Shown piece after piece: positions 30,253-39,968 of a stretch of DNA of 64,000 bases. Within the stretch, counting starts at the first letter, position 1. Each line of letters begins with the position of its first letter. Under the pieces are notes generated by a model. The model made no database searches and was not told the origin of the DNA. It saw only the letters and a list, made by a program, of their open reading frames with translations. Origin of the DNA: an uncultured bacterium (GTDB lineage Bacteria; Fidelibacterota; Marinisomatia; Marinisomatales; UBA1611); contig CBFIBM010000001.1 of the NCBI GenBank assembly GCA_965660855.1, positions 288,001 through 352,000 of the forward strand, read 5' to 3'. Position numbers and translations under genes: made by a program.

Positions 30253-33012
30253 ATGCCTATTCTGATCAATTTAATTAGATCAATAATTTTACTTTTTTTA
30301 TTATCTTCATCCATAAAAACCGAAATAATAGATGAGATTCGGATTTGTGCGCTAAGAGTTTCTTTTAAAGAAGATTCATTACAAAGTACAACTGGAGATG
30401 GATCTTTTTTAAAAGAAAATTTAGGTATTGATTGTGGAGCTTATACTATCGATCCTCCACCTCATGATAAATCTTATTTTCAATCCCAGCTTATAGCAGT
30501 AAATAATTACTTTCGATCGGTTTCCTATGGAAATTTTGGTATAAATTTAAATGAATCAACTGTCTATCCAATAGGCAAAGATGATTCATTTATTTTGCCT
30601 AATAAAATGAACTATTACAATCCTTATGATAGCACAGAAGTTCAAGAAAAGTTAATAACTGATTTATTTTATGATGCATTATCCATCGCTGATTCTAATG
30701 GGATAAATTTTGAAAATTATGATTTAATCGTCGTTTTCCATGCTGGTATTGGACAAGATTTTTCATTACCATTTTTAGACCCAACACCAGAGGATATTCC
30801 TTCAACATATATTGATCAAAAAATGATCGAAAAGAATTTTAATGTATCTTCCTTTGAGATTGGTAATGCTCAAATTTCTGAAGGAATATTATTACCTGAG
30901 AGTCAAAATCATTTATTATATGATGTGGCAGAGTCTATGTTTTTAGATGCAAATGAACCATGTGAATATCAGTATGGTTTAACAGGAACATTTGCATTAA
31001 TGATAGGATTTGCAGTTGGTTTACCTCCAATGTGGAACATAGATACAGGAGAGAGCGGTATTGGAGTATTTGGTTTAATGGATCAGGGCTCTAATAATGG
31101 AAGAGGTATTATTCCAGCTCCACCTAATGCATGGACAAGAATTTATAGTGGTTGGGAAGTACCAATTACAACTGAATACCCAGACACTATTTTCCTTCCA
31201 TCAAGATCCGAGAATAAAGTTGTAAAAATTCCTATAAATAACAATGAATATTTTTTAATTGAAAACAGAAATAATAAAGTAGGCAATAAATATAGTTTAG
31301 ATTCAATCAGAGTATTAATGTCCAGTGATAATAATTATCCCCCTTATATAGAAGTCTTAATTGATTCTATTGGAATAAATAGAGATACAAATAATGTGAT
31401 AACATCAATTCCTAATTATGATATTGGACTTCCAGCGTCTGGTTTACTCATATGGCATATTAATGATGAGATTATTAATTCCAAAATTGAAAATTTTTCT
31501 ATTAACAAAGATCTTTCTAATCTTGGAGTTGATCTAGAGGAGGCTGATGGAGCACAAGATATTGGTTTTGAATCTGTCTTTGTATTTAATGATGTATCTT
31601 CAGGTTATTTTGGTGATGTATGGTTTAACGGTAATTCTCAGTATGAGTTGGCAAATTTTGAGATGAAAGGTATAAAGCCAAAATTTAGTTTTTCAACTAT
31701 ACCATCTACCATTTCCAGTAATGGTTCTGATAGTTTTATTGTAATTGAAAATATTTCTGCTCCAAAAGATACGATGGATTTTATAATAACTAATTCTTTG
31801 ATAGAAAATAACTTTCCGGATTATGAAGCTCATATTCTTTCTGTTTATGATTTAAATGCAGATGGATTTAATGAATATTTAGGTGGTCAAGACTCTTTAT
31901 TTATAGGAAGTATTACTAATAATAGTAAAAAAAAATTTCACAATATAATTGAAGATGATCTCGATGTGACAGTTACTGAAAATAATAATATTTTAGAAAT
32001 ACATGTTTTAGAAAGATCTGATACAAGCTCTTATTACTATAAATATAATTATGACCAGAATGCAAATGATGTAACTTTTCTTTCTTCTGAAATTATTGAT
32101 AGCTTGATATTTCCAGTCGTAAAAAATAAATTGTATCAACATCTTCCAAAATCTACTTGGGATACATTTTCTAAAAGGGTTTTTGGTAATTCATACACTT
32201 TTAGTATTGATGTCACACAATCTGGAATACAAATCGATAACTTCAGTGAACCATTAACAAAATGGAGTGAGTATAATTTTATTTCATTATCTGGAATTGA
32301 TATTGATTTAGATTCTAGGCTTGATATAATCGCTCTTGATGAAAATGGTTTTTTATATGTTTTTAATAATAACTTAATATTATTGTCAGGGTTTCCAACC
32401 TTAGAAAAATTTCTTCCCCCTATTTTAGCAGGTGATATTATTGATGATGATTATATAGAAATCGTTGGGAAATCTCAAGATTCATCATCCATTATGATCC
32501 TAGATAATAAAGGAAATCAGCTTTATAATATTTCAAGTAGAAAAGAAGATCCATTGGTTTGCCTTGCTACTGTAAACGGTCATAAGTCTGTTGTTTCAAA
32601 ATCTGTGGTATATAATTTTGATTTAGATAATGATTTTAACACTGAAAATTCATGGAGTTTTGAGCATGGAACTCAAGGTAATAGTAGACATGTAAACTTA
32701 TCGCCGCTTGATTCAAGTTTTTCCTCGCAAGAAGTTTTAATTCGATCTTATATATATCCAAACCCTATTAGAGAAAATTTAGGTACATTACGCTTAGAAA
32801 CATATAATGCTCAATCTATTGAAATTAAGATTTATGATTTACTAGGGATTCAAATAAATAAATTTGAGAAAAACTTAGTTGATTGTTGTTCTCAAATTAA
32901 TGAGTGGATTTGGGATACCTCTTTATATGAGCCTGGGGTATATTTTGCACATGTTTCCGTAGTTGGGGAAAATGTTGAAAAAAATAAAATCATTAAAATT
33001 GCTATTTTATAA
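30253..33012 (+). CDS. M6 (immune inhibitor A)-like protein with degenerate zinc motif, FG-GAP-like region and T9SS-type C-terminal domain
   Basis: NNYFRSVSYG, VFHAG, GLMDQGS, NEYFLIENR, SGLLIWHI, LEEADG; C-terminal YPNP..IKIYDLLG..PGVYF..KIAIL. Confidence 0.8.
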   Translation: MPILINLIRSIILLFLLSSSIKTEIIDEIRICALRVSFKEDSLQSTTGDGSFLKENLGIDCGAYTIDPPPHDKSYFQSQLIAVNNYFRSVSYGNFGINLNESTVYPIGKDDSFILPNKMNYYNPYDSTEVQEKLITDLFYDALSIADSNGINFENYDLIVVFHAGIGQDFSLPFLDPTPEDIPSTYIDQKMIEKNFNVSSFEIGNAQISEGILLPESQNHLLYDVAESMFLDANEPCEYQYGLTGTFALMIGFAVGLPPMWNIDTGESGIGVFGLMDQGSNNGRGIIPAPPNAWTRIYSGWEVPITTEYPDTIFLPSRSENKVVKIPINNNEYFLIENRNNKVGNKYSLDSIRVLMSSDNNYPPYIEVLIDSIGINRDTNNVITSIPNYDIGLPASGLLIWHINDEIINSKIENFSINKDLSNLGVDLEEADGAQDIGFESVFVFNDVSSGYFGDVWFNGNSQYELANFEMKGIKPKFSFSTIPSTISSNGSDSFIVIENISAPKDTMDFIITNSLIENNFPDYEAHILSVYDLNADGFNEYLGGQDSLFIGSITNNSKKKFHNIIEDDLDVTVTENNNILEIHVLERSDTSSYYYKYNYDQNANDVTFLSSEIIDSLIFPVVKNKLYQHLPKSTWDTFSKRVFGNSYTFSIDVTQSGIQIDNFSEPLTKWSEYNFISLSGIDIDLDSRLDIIALDENGFLYVFNNNLILLSGFPTLEKFLPPILAGDIIDDDYIEIVGKSQDSSSIMILDNKGNQLYNISSRKEDPLVCLATVNGHKSVVSKSVVYNFDLDNDFNTENSWSFEHGTQGNSRHVNLSPLDSSFSSQEVLIRSYIYPNPIRENLGTLRLETYNAQSIEIKIYDLLGIQINKFEKNLVDCCSQINEWIWDTSLYEPGVYFAHVSVVGENVEKNKIIKIAIL

Positions 33013-35987
33013 TGGGAAAAATAATATTTTTTTTCTTATTCAATTTTATATTTATTTTTTCAAATGTTGAATATAATCATCCAGAGCTAAACTGGCATTC
33101 ATTTGAAACAGAACATTTTAAAATACATTTTCATGATGAAACTGAAAATACCGCAAGAGAGGCTGCAACTGTTGCAGAGGTAATCTATCCTAAAATAACG
33201 GAATTCTATAATTTTCATCCAAAAGAAAAAACCCATTTAATTCTTATTGATCCAGATGATTACTCAAATGGGGCTGCTTACTATTACGATAACAAAATGC
33301 TGATTTGGGCTTCACCATTAGATTTTGAATTAAGAGGAAGTCACCGCTGGCTTCAAAATGTAATTACACATGAATTTGCTCATATCGTTTCACTGCAAAA
33401 AGCAATGAAGGCTGGGATGTCAATACCAGGTGCATATTTACAGTTCATGAATTATGAAAACGAGAAAAGGCCGGATGTTTTGTATGGATATCCGAATGCT
33501 ATGATAAGCTATCCAATACCTGGCACGGTCGTTCCTCCATGGTTAGCCGAGGGTATTGCTCAATATATGTATGATTCTGCAGATTGGGATAATTGGGATA
33601 GTCACAGGGATATGATTTTAAGGGAGAGAGCTATAAACGGTAATATGTTATCCTTTACAGAAATGAACACATTTGGAAAGAAAGGTATTGGTAATGAATC
33701 GACATATAATGCGGGTTTTGCTCTTTCTACATACATAGCTAATGAATTTGGATCTGATAAAATAATGGAAATAATGGATGAACTTTCAAATCCACTTCAA
33801 TTCTCAATCAATAAAACTTTAGAAAAAGTTCTTAATATTAAAGGTGAAGATTTATTTATTGATTTTCAAAGGTCTATAGAAACAAAATATAATAGATTAG
33901 TTGAGCCAATCATTTTATTCAATGTAAAGGGAAGAGTATTAAATGATATAGGTACAACAAATATATACCCTAAATGGAACCCAAAAAAAAATATGTATTC
34001 TTATTTAAGTAATAAAAATAATGATTTTTTTGGTCAAACAGATTTATTTGTTTACGATTTTGATAATAAAAAAGAAATAAAAATCAAAAGTAATGTTCAT
34101 TCGGCCACAACCTGGAATAGTAATGGAGAGATTCTTTATTTTTCAAAAAAATCCAAGTATCCCAATAAATTTGGATCTAGGTATTATGATATATATTCTT
34201 ATGATTTAAACACCGAGCAAGAAAATCGATTAACAATAGACAAAAGAGCCTTTAGTCCAGTTTTCATAGAAAAAGATAGTTCGATAGCCTTTTTGTCTAC
34301 TTATGATGGAGGTCAAGACCTATATATTCTAGATTTAAAATCTATGACAGATAAAAAAATTACAGATTTTAAAGATAGGCCAATGATTAGTTATCTAGCT
34401 TACAATAAAACTAATAATTCTTTGTTCTTTGATATAACAACACATCACTTTAGAGATATTTATCAATACGACCTAAATAAAAAAGAACTTATCAAAGCCT
34501 TTGAAGATAGTTTTTATGATGAACGTAACTACTCATCGGATTTTTCAGGAAATGAAGTCTTTGCAAAAGATCAGAGTGGTATATATAATCTATTTTATAG
34601 AGAAAATGGTTCTGAAAATGGTGAGTATATTACTAATGTGACTGGTGGTGCATTTATGCCGGATATTTCGAATGATGGAAAAATTTTATTTTCTTTGTAT
34701 GAAGATGGTAAATATAAAATTTCTTTATTAGAAAATATTTCAAAAATTGATGAAAAAAATGTTGGTTATGGCAAGGAATATTTTCTAAATAATTCAAATT
34801 TTAGTGGACCAATCACACAACTAGACACTACAAAATCAAGTCCTTACAAAGATCAATTCCCCAATATGTTCCTCATGCCTAAAATAATGGGAGATTATGG
34901 CACTATAAAACCAGGCTTTTATTTTTACTCTACAGAAATAATTAATAGGCTATCCCTCTTTGGTGGAGCATCAATAAATCAATTAAAAGATGTAGATTTA
35001 TTTTTTATTTTTGATTTTAAACGTTTGTATCCAACTATATTTTTTGAAACATATTTTTTAACTAGGCATACAACAGATAATACAAAGTATAAAAATATCT
35101 ATGATGTTCAGGATGATATAAAATTTAGATTGGTTCAATTTAGGCCTGGCTTGAGGATACCAGTTTATGGGACTTTAATAGAGCTTTCTACTACTCTGCA
35201 ATGGTACAGAGCATTTATACAAGAGGAAGTCCGTACTAACGAATATGGAATTATACAAGCTGGGGCTGCATATGATTATTTTAAAGGAAATTCCTACAAT
35301 TTAAATTGGAGTTTAAACGCAGTTAAAAACACATTAAATAAAACAATCCAACCGACTAATGGATTTTCTTTTCAAGTAATGGCTGATTATGAAAATAATA
35401 AATTTATTGAAGGTCTAAAATTTTCTGATTCAGGAACACTTACTGAAGAATTTGAAGATAATGATCTTGTAAGATTACAATTTTATGGTAGCTATCATCA
35501 TAGATTACCATTTATAGAAAAAGGGTCTATATCTTTAAAAACCAACCTTGGATATATTACAAATAAAAATATTGATTCATTTTTCCATTTTTATTTGGGA
35601 GGTTTACCAGGATTGAAAGGGTACACCTTCTATAGCATCAAAGGTGTTCAGTCAGCTATGATTGATGCAACTTTTCGTTTCCCATTATTTCTTGAAAAGC
35701 ATTATAAGTTTAATTGGCTTATTTTTCAAAATAGTGTAATTGGATTAAATTTCCAAGCTGGAGATGCATGGGGAGAGAAGATAGACAGTATAACACAAAA
35801 CTTTAGTTTGAAAAAATCAATTGGATTGCAGTGGAGAATAAATGGTTTCTCTTTTTATAATTATCCAACAGCAATTGAGTTTGAATATCACCAACCACTT
35901 GATAAATTTAATGATAAAATTAATGGAGAATCAATATCGTATGGAGAAAATGGACGTGCTTATTTTAAAATATTGTTTGATTTTTAG
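33012..35987 (+). CDS. gluzincin/peptidase MA-like domain + PD40/TolB-like propeller + Omp85-like barrel fusion
   Basis: ETEHFKIHF, ITHEFAH, PWLAEGIAQY; propeller blades (PKWNP, SPVF, MPDIS); FYLGGLPGLKGY and C-terminal Phe (ILFDF). Confidence 0.75.
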   Translation: MGKIIFFFLFNFIFIFSNVEYNHPELNWHSFETEHFKIHFHDETENTAREAATVAEVIYPKITEFYNFHPKEKTHLILIDPDDYSNGAAYYYDNKMLIWASPLDFELRGSHRWLQNVITHEFAHIVSLQKAMKAGMSIPGAYLQFMNYENEKRPDVLYGYPNAMISYPIPGTVVPPWLAEGIAQYMYDSADWDNWDSHRDMILRERAINGNMLSFTEMNTFGKKGIGNESTYNAGFALSTYIANEFGSDKIMEIMDELSNPLQFSINKTLEKVLNIKGEDLFIDFQRSIETKYNRLVEPIILFNVKGRVLNDIGTTNIYPKWNPKKNMYSYLSNKNNDFFGQTDLFVYDFDNKKEIKIKSNVHSATTWNSNGEILYFSKKSKYPNKFGSRYYDIYSYDLNTEQENRLTIDKRAFSPVFIEKDSSIAFLSTYDGGQDLYILDLKSMTDKKITDFKDRPMISYLAYNKTNNSLFFDITTHHFRDIYQYDLNKKELIKAFEDSFYDERNYSSDFSGNEVFAKDQSGIYNLFYRENGSENGEYITNVTGGAFMPDISNDGKILFSLYEDGKYKISLLENISKIDEKNVGYGKEYFLNNSNFSGPITQLDTTKSSPYKDQFPNMFLMPKIMGDYGTIKPGFYFYSTEIINRLSLFGGASINQLKDVDLFFIFDFKRLYPTIFFETYFLTRHTTDNTKYKNIYDVQDDIKFRLVQFRPGLRIPVYGTLIELSTTLQWYRAFIQEEVRTNEYGIIQAGAAYDYFKGNSYNLNWSLNAVKNTLNKTIQPTNGFSFQVMADYENNKFIEGLKFSDSGTLTEEFEDNDLVRLQFYGSYHHRLPFIEKGSISLKTNLGYITNKNIDSFFHFYLGGLPGLKGYTFYSIKGVQSAMIDATFRFPLFLEKHYKFNWLIFQNSVIGLNFQAGDAWGEKIDSITQNFSLKKSIGLQWRINGFSFYNYPTAIEFEYHQPLDKFNDKINGESISYGENGRAYFKILFDF

Positions 35988-36876
35988 CTCTATTTTATCT
36001 CTTGGGTTTTCACAAGATAATAAAAATACTAGTAACGCAAGTGACCAAGATTCTGCATCAGTTGTTTTATTAGATAAGGGTAATACTATTTATCCAGGTA
36101 AGCCATTGGTAATGTCTCTGATTTTACCTGGTGCTGGTCAATTTTATAATAAATCACCGTTATGGAAAACCGCCTCTTTTGTATGTGTCGAATTAGCAAC
36201 CATTTTTGCTTGGAGTCATTTCAATTCAGAAGCAGAGAAATATAGACAAAAATATCAATCTTTCGCAGATGAACATTGGTCTTTACAAAATTGGGCAACA
36301 AACCATACAAATTTTCCAAGTGAAATGTTTGATGGGCGTTCATGGTCGACATTCTCTGCATTAACAAAATTATCTGGTACTCATGATTTAAATTTGGTTA
36401 TTTCTGGACAATTATCTGAAGAATTAGGTTTAACTAGAGTCTCCTCAGACAGTCTGGATTCTAACCCTGCATGGGCTTTCTCTGATGATGTAGTTGTTGT
36501 GAAAGATCGTCACTTTTATGAAAATATTGGCAAGTATGATCAATTTTTAGGAGGTTGGGATGATGCTTCAAGTGATTGGTACTGGGAGGAAAAGGATGTA
36601 GGCGATAGCCTTGAAATAATAATAAAGACACCAAAAAAACAAAAATATATAGATGAACGGTTTAAGTCTAATCAAATGCTTACTCGTGTTAAATATAGTA
36701 TTACGGCATTGATGTTTAATCATGTTGTCAGTGGAGTAGAATCAGTGTTTTCCACATTAAATAAATCGAAAAGAGTAAAAGAAAAAGTATCCTCAAATGA
36801 CTATTATCTCAATTTAACTTATAATCCATTGAACAGTTCCGGAGTCGGAGGAGTGAATTTTGTTTTACAATTTTAA
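35941..36876 (+). CDS. DUF5683-like outer membrane/envelope protein
   Basis: MSLILPGAGQFYN motif, YENIGKYDQF..GWDD, C-terminal Phe; start uncertain (35941 or 35950; track start 35842). Confidence 0.6.
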   Translation: MEKMDVLILKYCLIFSSILSLGFSQDNKNTSNASDQDSASVVLLDKGNTIYPGKPLVMSLILPGAGQFYNKSPLWKTASFVCVELATIFAWSHFNSEAEKYRQKYQSFADEHWSLQNWATNHTNFPSEMFDGRSWSTFSALTKLSGTHDLNLVISGQLSEELGLTRVSSDSLDSNPAWAFSDDVVVVKDRHFYENIGKYDQFLGGWDDASSDWYWEEKDVGDSLEIIIKTPKKQKYIDERFKSNQMLTRVKYSITALMFNHVVSGVESVFSTLNKSKRVKEKVSSNDYYLNLTYNPLNSSGVGGVNFVLQF

Positions 36877-37636
36877 TTTAAAGAATGTTTTATTTAAGAC
36901 CTTTATAATATTCTATTTTTCATGTGCTGGATCAAAGCCTGATACAGAAATAACACTTCAAGATAAATTTGATTCAGGGATGAAGCACTTTGAAAATGAA
37001 AAATATTTGAATGCGCAAATTGATTTTAAAAGTATAGTAATTAGAGGTTCAGGTACGGATCTTGGTGATGATGCTCAATACTTTTTGGCTGAATCTTACT
37101 ACCACAATAAAGAATATTTACTTGCGATTTCTGAATATGAGAAACTTACCAGAAGAATGGGGTTTAGTCCTTTTGTTGAAGATGCAAGATTTAAAATTTG
37201 TGAAGCATATAAAATTGAATCTCCCAAATATTACCACGATCAAGAGTACAGTGAGAAATCACTTCAACGGTATCAAGAATTCTTGAATGACTTTCCAAAT
37301 TCAAAGTATATTGATGAAGTTCTTTTTTCAATCGAGTCCTTAAGAGAAAAGTTAGGTAAAAAAGTATATGAATCTGGTATCCTTTATATGAAAATGGATG
37401 AATATGAATCAGCTGAGATGTCATTTCAAAGGACAATAGACTTATATTATGATACTGAGATATTTAATAAGGCTATTCAAGGAAAAATATTGGCACTAGC
37501 AAAAAATGGTGAATTAGATAATGCAAAAAGTATCCTTTTAGAAAATATAAAAGGATTAAAGGAAGAAGGCTTATATATTAAAACGAAAGCAGATATTGAA
37601 AAAATACAAAGAAAATTGACAAAGAGTCTAAAATGA
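36860..37636 (+). CDS. bamD: outer membrane protein assembly factor BamD
   Basis: Lipobox YFSC; DDAQYFLAESYY, SPKYYHDQ, FLNDFPNS, LREKL.KK.YESG.LY TPR pattern. Confidence 0.88.
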   Translation: MFYNFNLKNVLFKTFIIFYFSCAGSKPDTEITLQDKFDSGMKHFENEKYLNAQIDFKSIVIRGSGTDLGDDAQYFLAESYYHNKEYLLAISEYEKLTRRMGFSPFVEDARFKICEAYKIESPKYYHDQEYSEKSLQRYQEFLNDFPNSKYIDEVLFSIESLREKLGKKVYESGILYMKMDEYESAEMSFQRTIDLYYDTEIFNKAIQGKILALAKNGELDNAKSILLENIKGLKEEGLYIKTKADIEKIQRKLTKSLK

Positions 37637-38211
37637 AGATTTGTTTATTTGGAGGTACATTTGACCCTCCACATATTGGACATCTGTTGATTGCTCAAAC
37701 AATCTGCGAAGCAGAATCTTTTGATAAGATATTATTTATTCCTGTAAATATTCCTCCCCATAAAAGTGTGAATACTTCTCTTGAGGATAGATTGAATATG
37801 TTGAATATAGCAGTTAAGGATAATCCTAATTTTGAAATATCAGATATAGAAATAAGAAGAGGAGGTGTTAGTTATACAATTGACACGATAAGAAAGATCA
37901 AAGAAGTTTATAATATTAAATCAAATAAACTTTCATACCTTATCGGAAGTGATAGTTTACTCAACTTCCATAATTGGAAAGACCCAGAAAAAATCTTAAA
38001 TGAATGTCAAATAATTGTTGCAATACGACCCGGGTTTAGACCTAGTGATATTCCCGCTTGGATTTTACATAAAATTCAATTTGCTAATATACCAAGATTT
38101 GAAATTTCCTCTACTAATATCAGAACACGGTGGGTAGAAAATAAAACAATTAGATATATGGTGACTCTACCTGTATGGGAATATATAAATGAGAACCAAA
38201 TATATATTTAA
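37633..38211 (+). CDS. nadD: nicotinate-nucleotide adenylyltransferase
   Basis: FGGTFDPPHIGH, PPHK, SYTIDT, IGSD, ISSTNIR. Confidence 0.95.
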   Translation: MKICLFGGTFDPPHIGHLLIAQTICEAESFDKILFIPVNIPPHKSVNTSLEDRLNMLNIAVKDNPNFEISDIEIRRGGVSYTIDTIRKIKEVYNIKSNKLSYLIGSDSLLNFHNWKDPEKILNECQIIVAIRPGFRPSDIPAWILHKIQFANIPRFEISSTNIRTRWVENKTIRYMVTLPVWEYINENQIYI

Positions 38212-39155
38212 GCTGCAAAGTCAAAATACCATCTAATTAAATTTATAGTTACTAATATAGTTCCTTCTAGTCTACTAATTCTCCAATTTGTTCTAATCAT
38301 TAGAAGGGTTAACCCCACCATCAACACCAAAAGAAAAACACTGTTAAAAATATCAGATGAAATCATTGTTGGGTTTAAAATACCTGCTAGTCCTAAAACT
38401 CCAAGTAGGTTGAATAAGTCACTACCTATTAAATTACCAATTGCTATACCATGACGGCCTTTCAAGGCTGCGGACACTGATGTCGCAAATTCAGGAGCTG
38501 AAGTACCAGCTGCTACTATAGTAACTGCTATAACCCAATCGGAGACACCCATGGCATGAGCAATGTTTGATGCATGTTTTACCATTAAGTGACCACCATA
38601 AACAATCATTACTAATCCTACGAAAAAATAAATATATGATTTAAAATCTGCTTTACTTGGGTTAACCTCTTCAGGTGGATCTTTTTTAATAAATAAAAAT
38701 CCAACATAACCAATAAGGAGACTGAATAAAAGAATACCTTCTATTCTTGTGTATTGATCATCTGTTGTCCATCCATTAAATCCAAAAAATAAAAAGAAAA
38801 TTAAAGCAGTTGATATTAATAAGAAAAATCCATCCCTATTAAAAAGTTTAGATGAGGTTGCAATTGGCCTTATCATTGCAGTCCCACCAAGGATGAAACC
38901 CAGATTAAATATATTAGAACCAATAACATTGCCAATAGATATGTCTGTTTGACCAGTTACAGCAGCACTAATAGTTACTGCAAATTCAGGAGCCGATGTA
39001 CCAAATGCTACAACTGTTAGTCCAACTACCAAGTCAGAAATCTTTAAACTATGTGCAATTTCAGCAGCAGAATCAACAAGCCAGTCCGCCCCTTTCCAGA
39101 GCATTATAATTGAAATTACTACTAAAATTCCATCTATTATTATGTTTGTGTCCAT
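38208..39155 (-). CDS. calcium/sodium antiporter (CaCA, YrbG family)
   Basis: Two alpha-repeats, each GTSAPE followed by GNxIGS. The + strand reads CAT at 39153-39155 and TTA at 38208-38210, so the gene is on the minus strand, not + as in the track. Confidence 0.93.
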   Translation of the reverse strand: MDTNIIIDGILVVISIIMLWKGADWLVDSAAEIAHSLKISDLVVGLTVVAFGTSAPEFAVTISAAVTGQTDISIGNVIGSNIFNLGFILGGTAMIRPIATSSKLFNRDGFFLLISTALIFFLFFGFNGWTTDDQYTRIEGILLFSLLIGYVGFLFIKKDPPEEVNPSKADFKSYIYFFVGLVMIVYGGHLMVKHASNIAHAMGVSDWVIAVTIVAAGTSAPEFATSVSAALKGRHGIAIGNLIGSDLFNLLGVLGLAGILNPTMISSDIFNSVFLLVLMVGLTLLMIRTNWRISRLEGTILVTINLIRWYFDFAA

Positions 39156-39312
39156 TTTATTCTACTTCATTAAATTAATTGGAATTAAAATACATTGAAA
39201 TTTTATAAATATTAACAATGAATATTACAATTTATGATTTAATTTGGGACTAATATAATCTTAACATTTATACAAAAATTAGTATTTAAACTATCTTGGA
39301 AAACACTATTTA

Positions 39313-39966
39313 ATGATTGAGTTTCAAAACGTATCTTACTCACATGAAAAGGGATATGGAGTAAGTAATTTGAATATGAATGTTCCTGATGGAGAATTTG
39401 CATTTTTGATCGGACCCACTGGAAGTGGGAAAACAACTCTGATGAGGCTGGTCTATTTTGACTTACTCCCTGATACAGGAATTGTTCGAGTAAATAGTTT
39501 TTTATCTAATAAAATAAAAAAACATCATATACCAAATGCGAGAAAATCTATTGGGATGGTTTTTCAGGATTATAAATTGTTAACCGATAGAACTCTATTC
39601 GAGAATATATCACTGCCTCTTCATGTTTTAGGGTTTAATAATAAAGAAATTAAAAATCGTGTTGACGAAGCTTTAGATCTAGTTGGCTTAACAGGGAAGG
39701 AAGACCATTCTTCTTTTGAATTATCTGGAGGTGAACAACAAAGAGCCTGCCTTGCAAGAGCAATAATTAAAGAACCAGATGTTATTTTAGCTGATGAACC
39801 AACGGGGAATTTAGATCCCGTAGCATCATTTGAATTGGTAAGACTATTAGAAACTATCAATGAAACTGGAACAACAATTTTGATGGCCTCTCATAATTAC
39901 AATCTCATAAAAGGGCGAGGTAGACCCATATATGAGCTTAAAGATGGTAACCTGAGGGTAAGGTAA
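39313..39966 (+). CDS. ftsE: cell division ATP-binding protein FtsE
   Basis: GPTGSGKTT, VFQDYKLL, LSGGEQQR, ADEPTGNLD; upstream of ftsX. Confidence 0.9.
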   Translation: MIEFQNVSYSHEKGYGVSNLNMNVPDGEFAFLIGPTGSGKTTLMRLVYFDLLPDTGIVRVNSFLSNKIKKHHIPNARKSIGMVFQDYKLLTDRTLFENISLPLHVLGFNNKEIKNRVDEALDLVGLTGKEDHSSFELSGGEQQRACLARAIIKEPDVILADEPTGNLDPVASFELVRLLETINETGTTILMASHNYNLIKGRGRPIYELKDGNLRVR

Positions 39967-39968
39967 TA

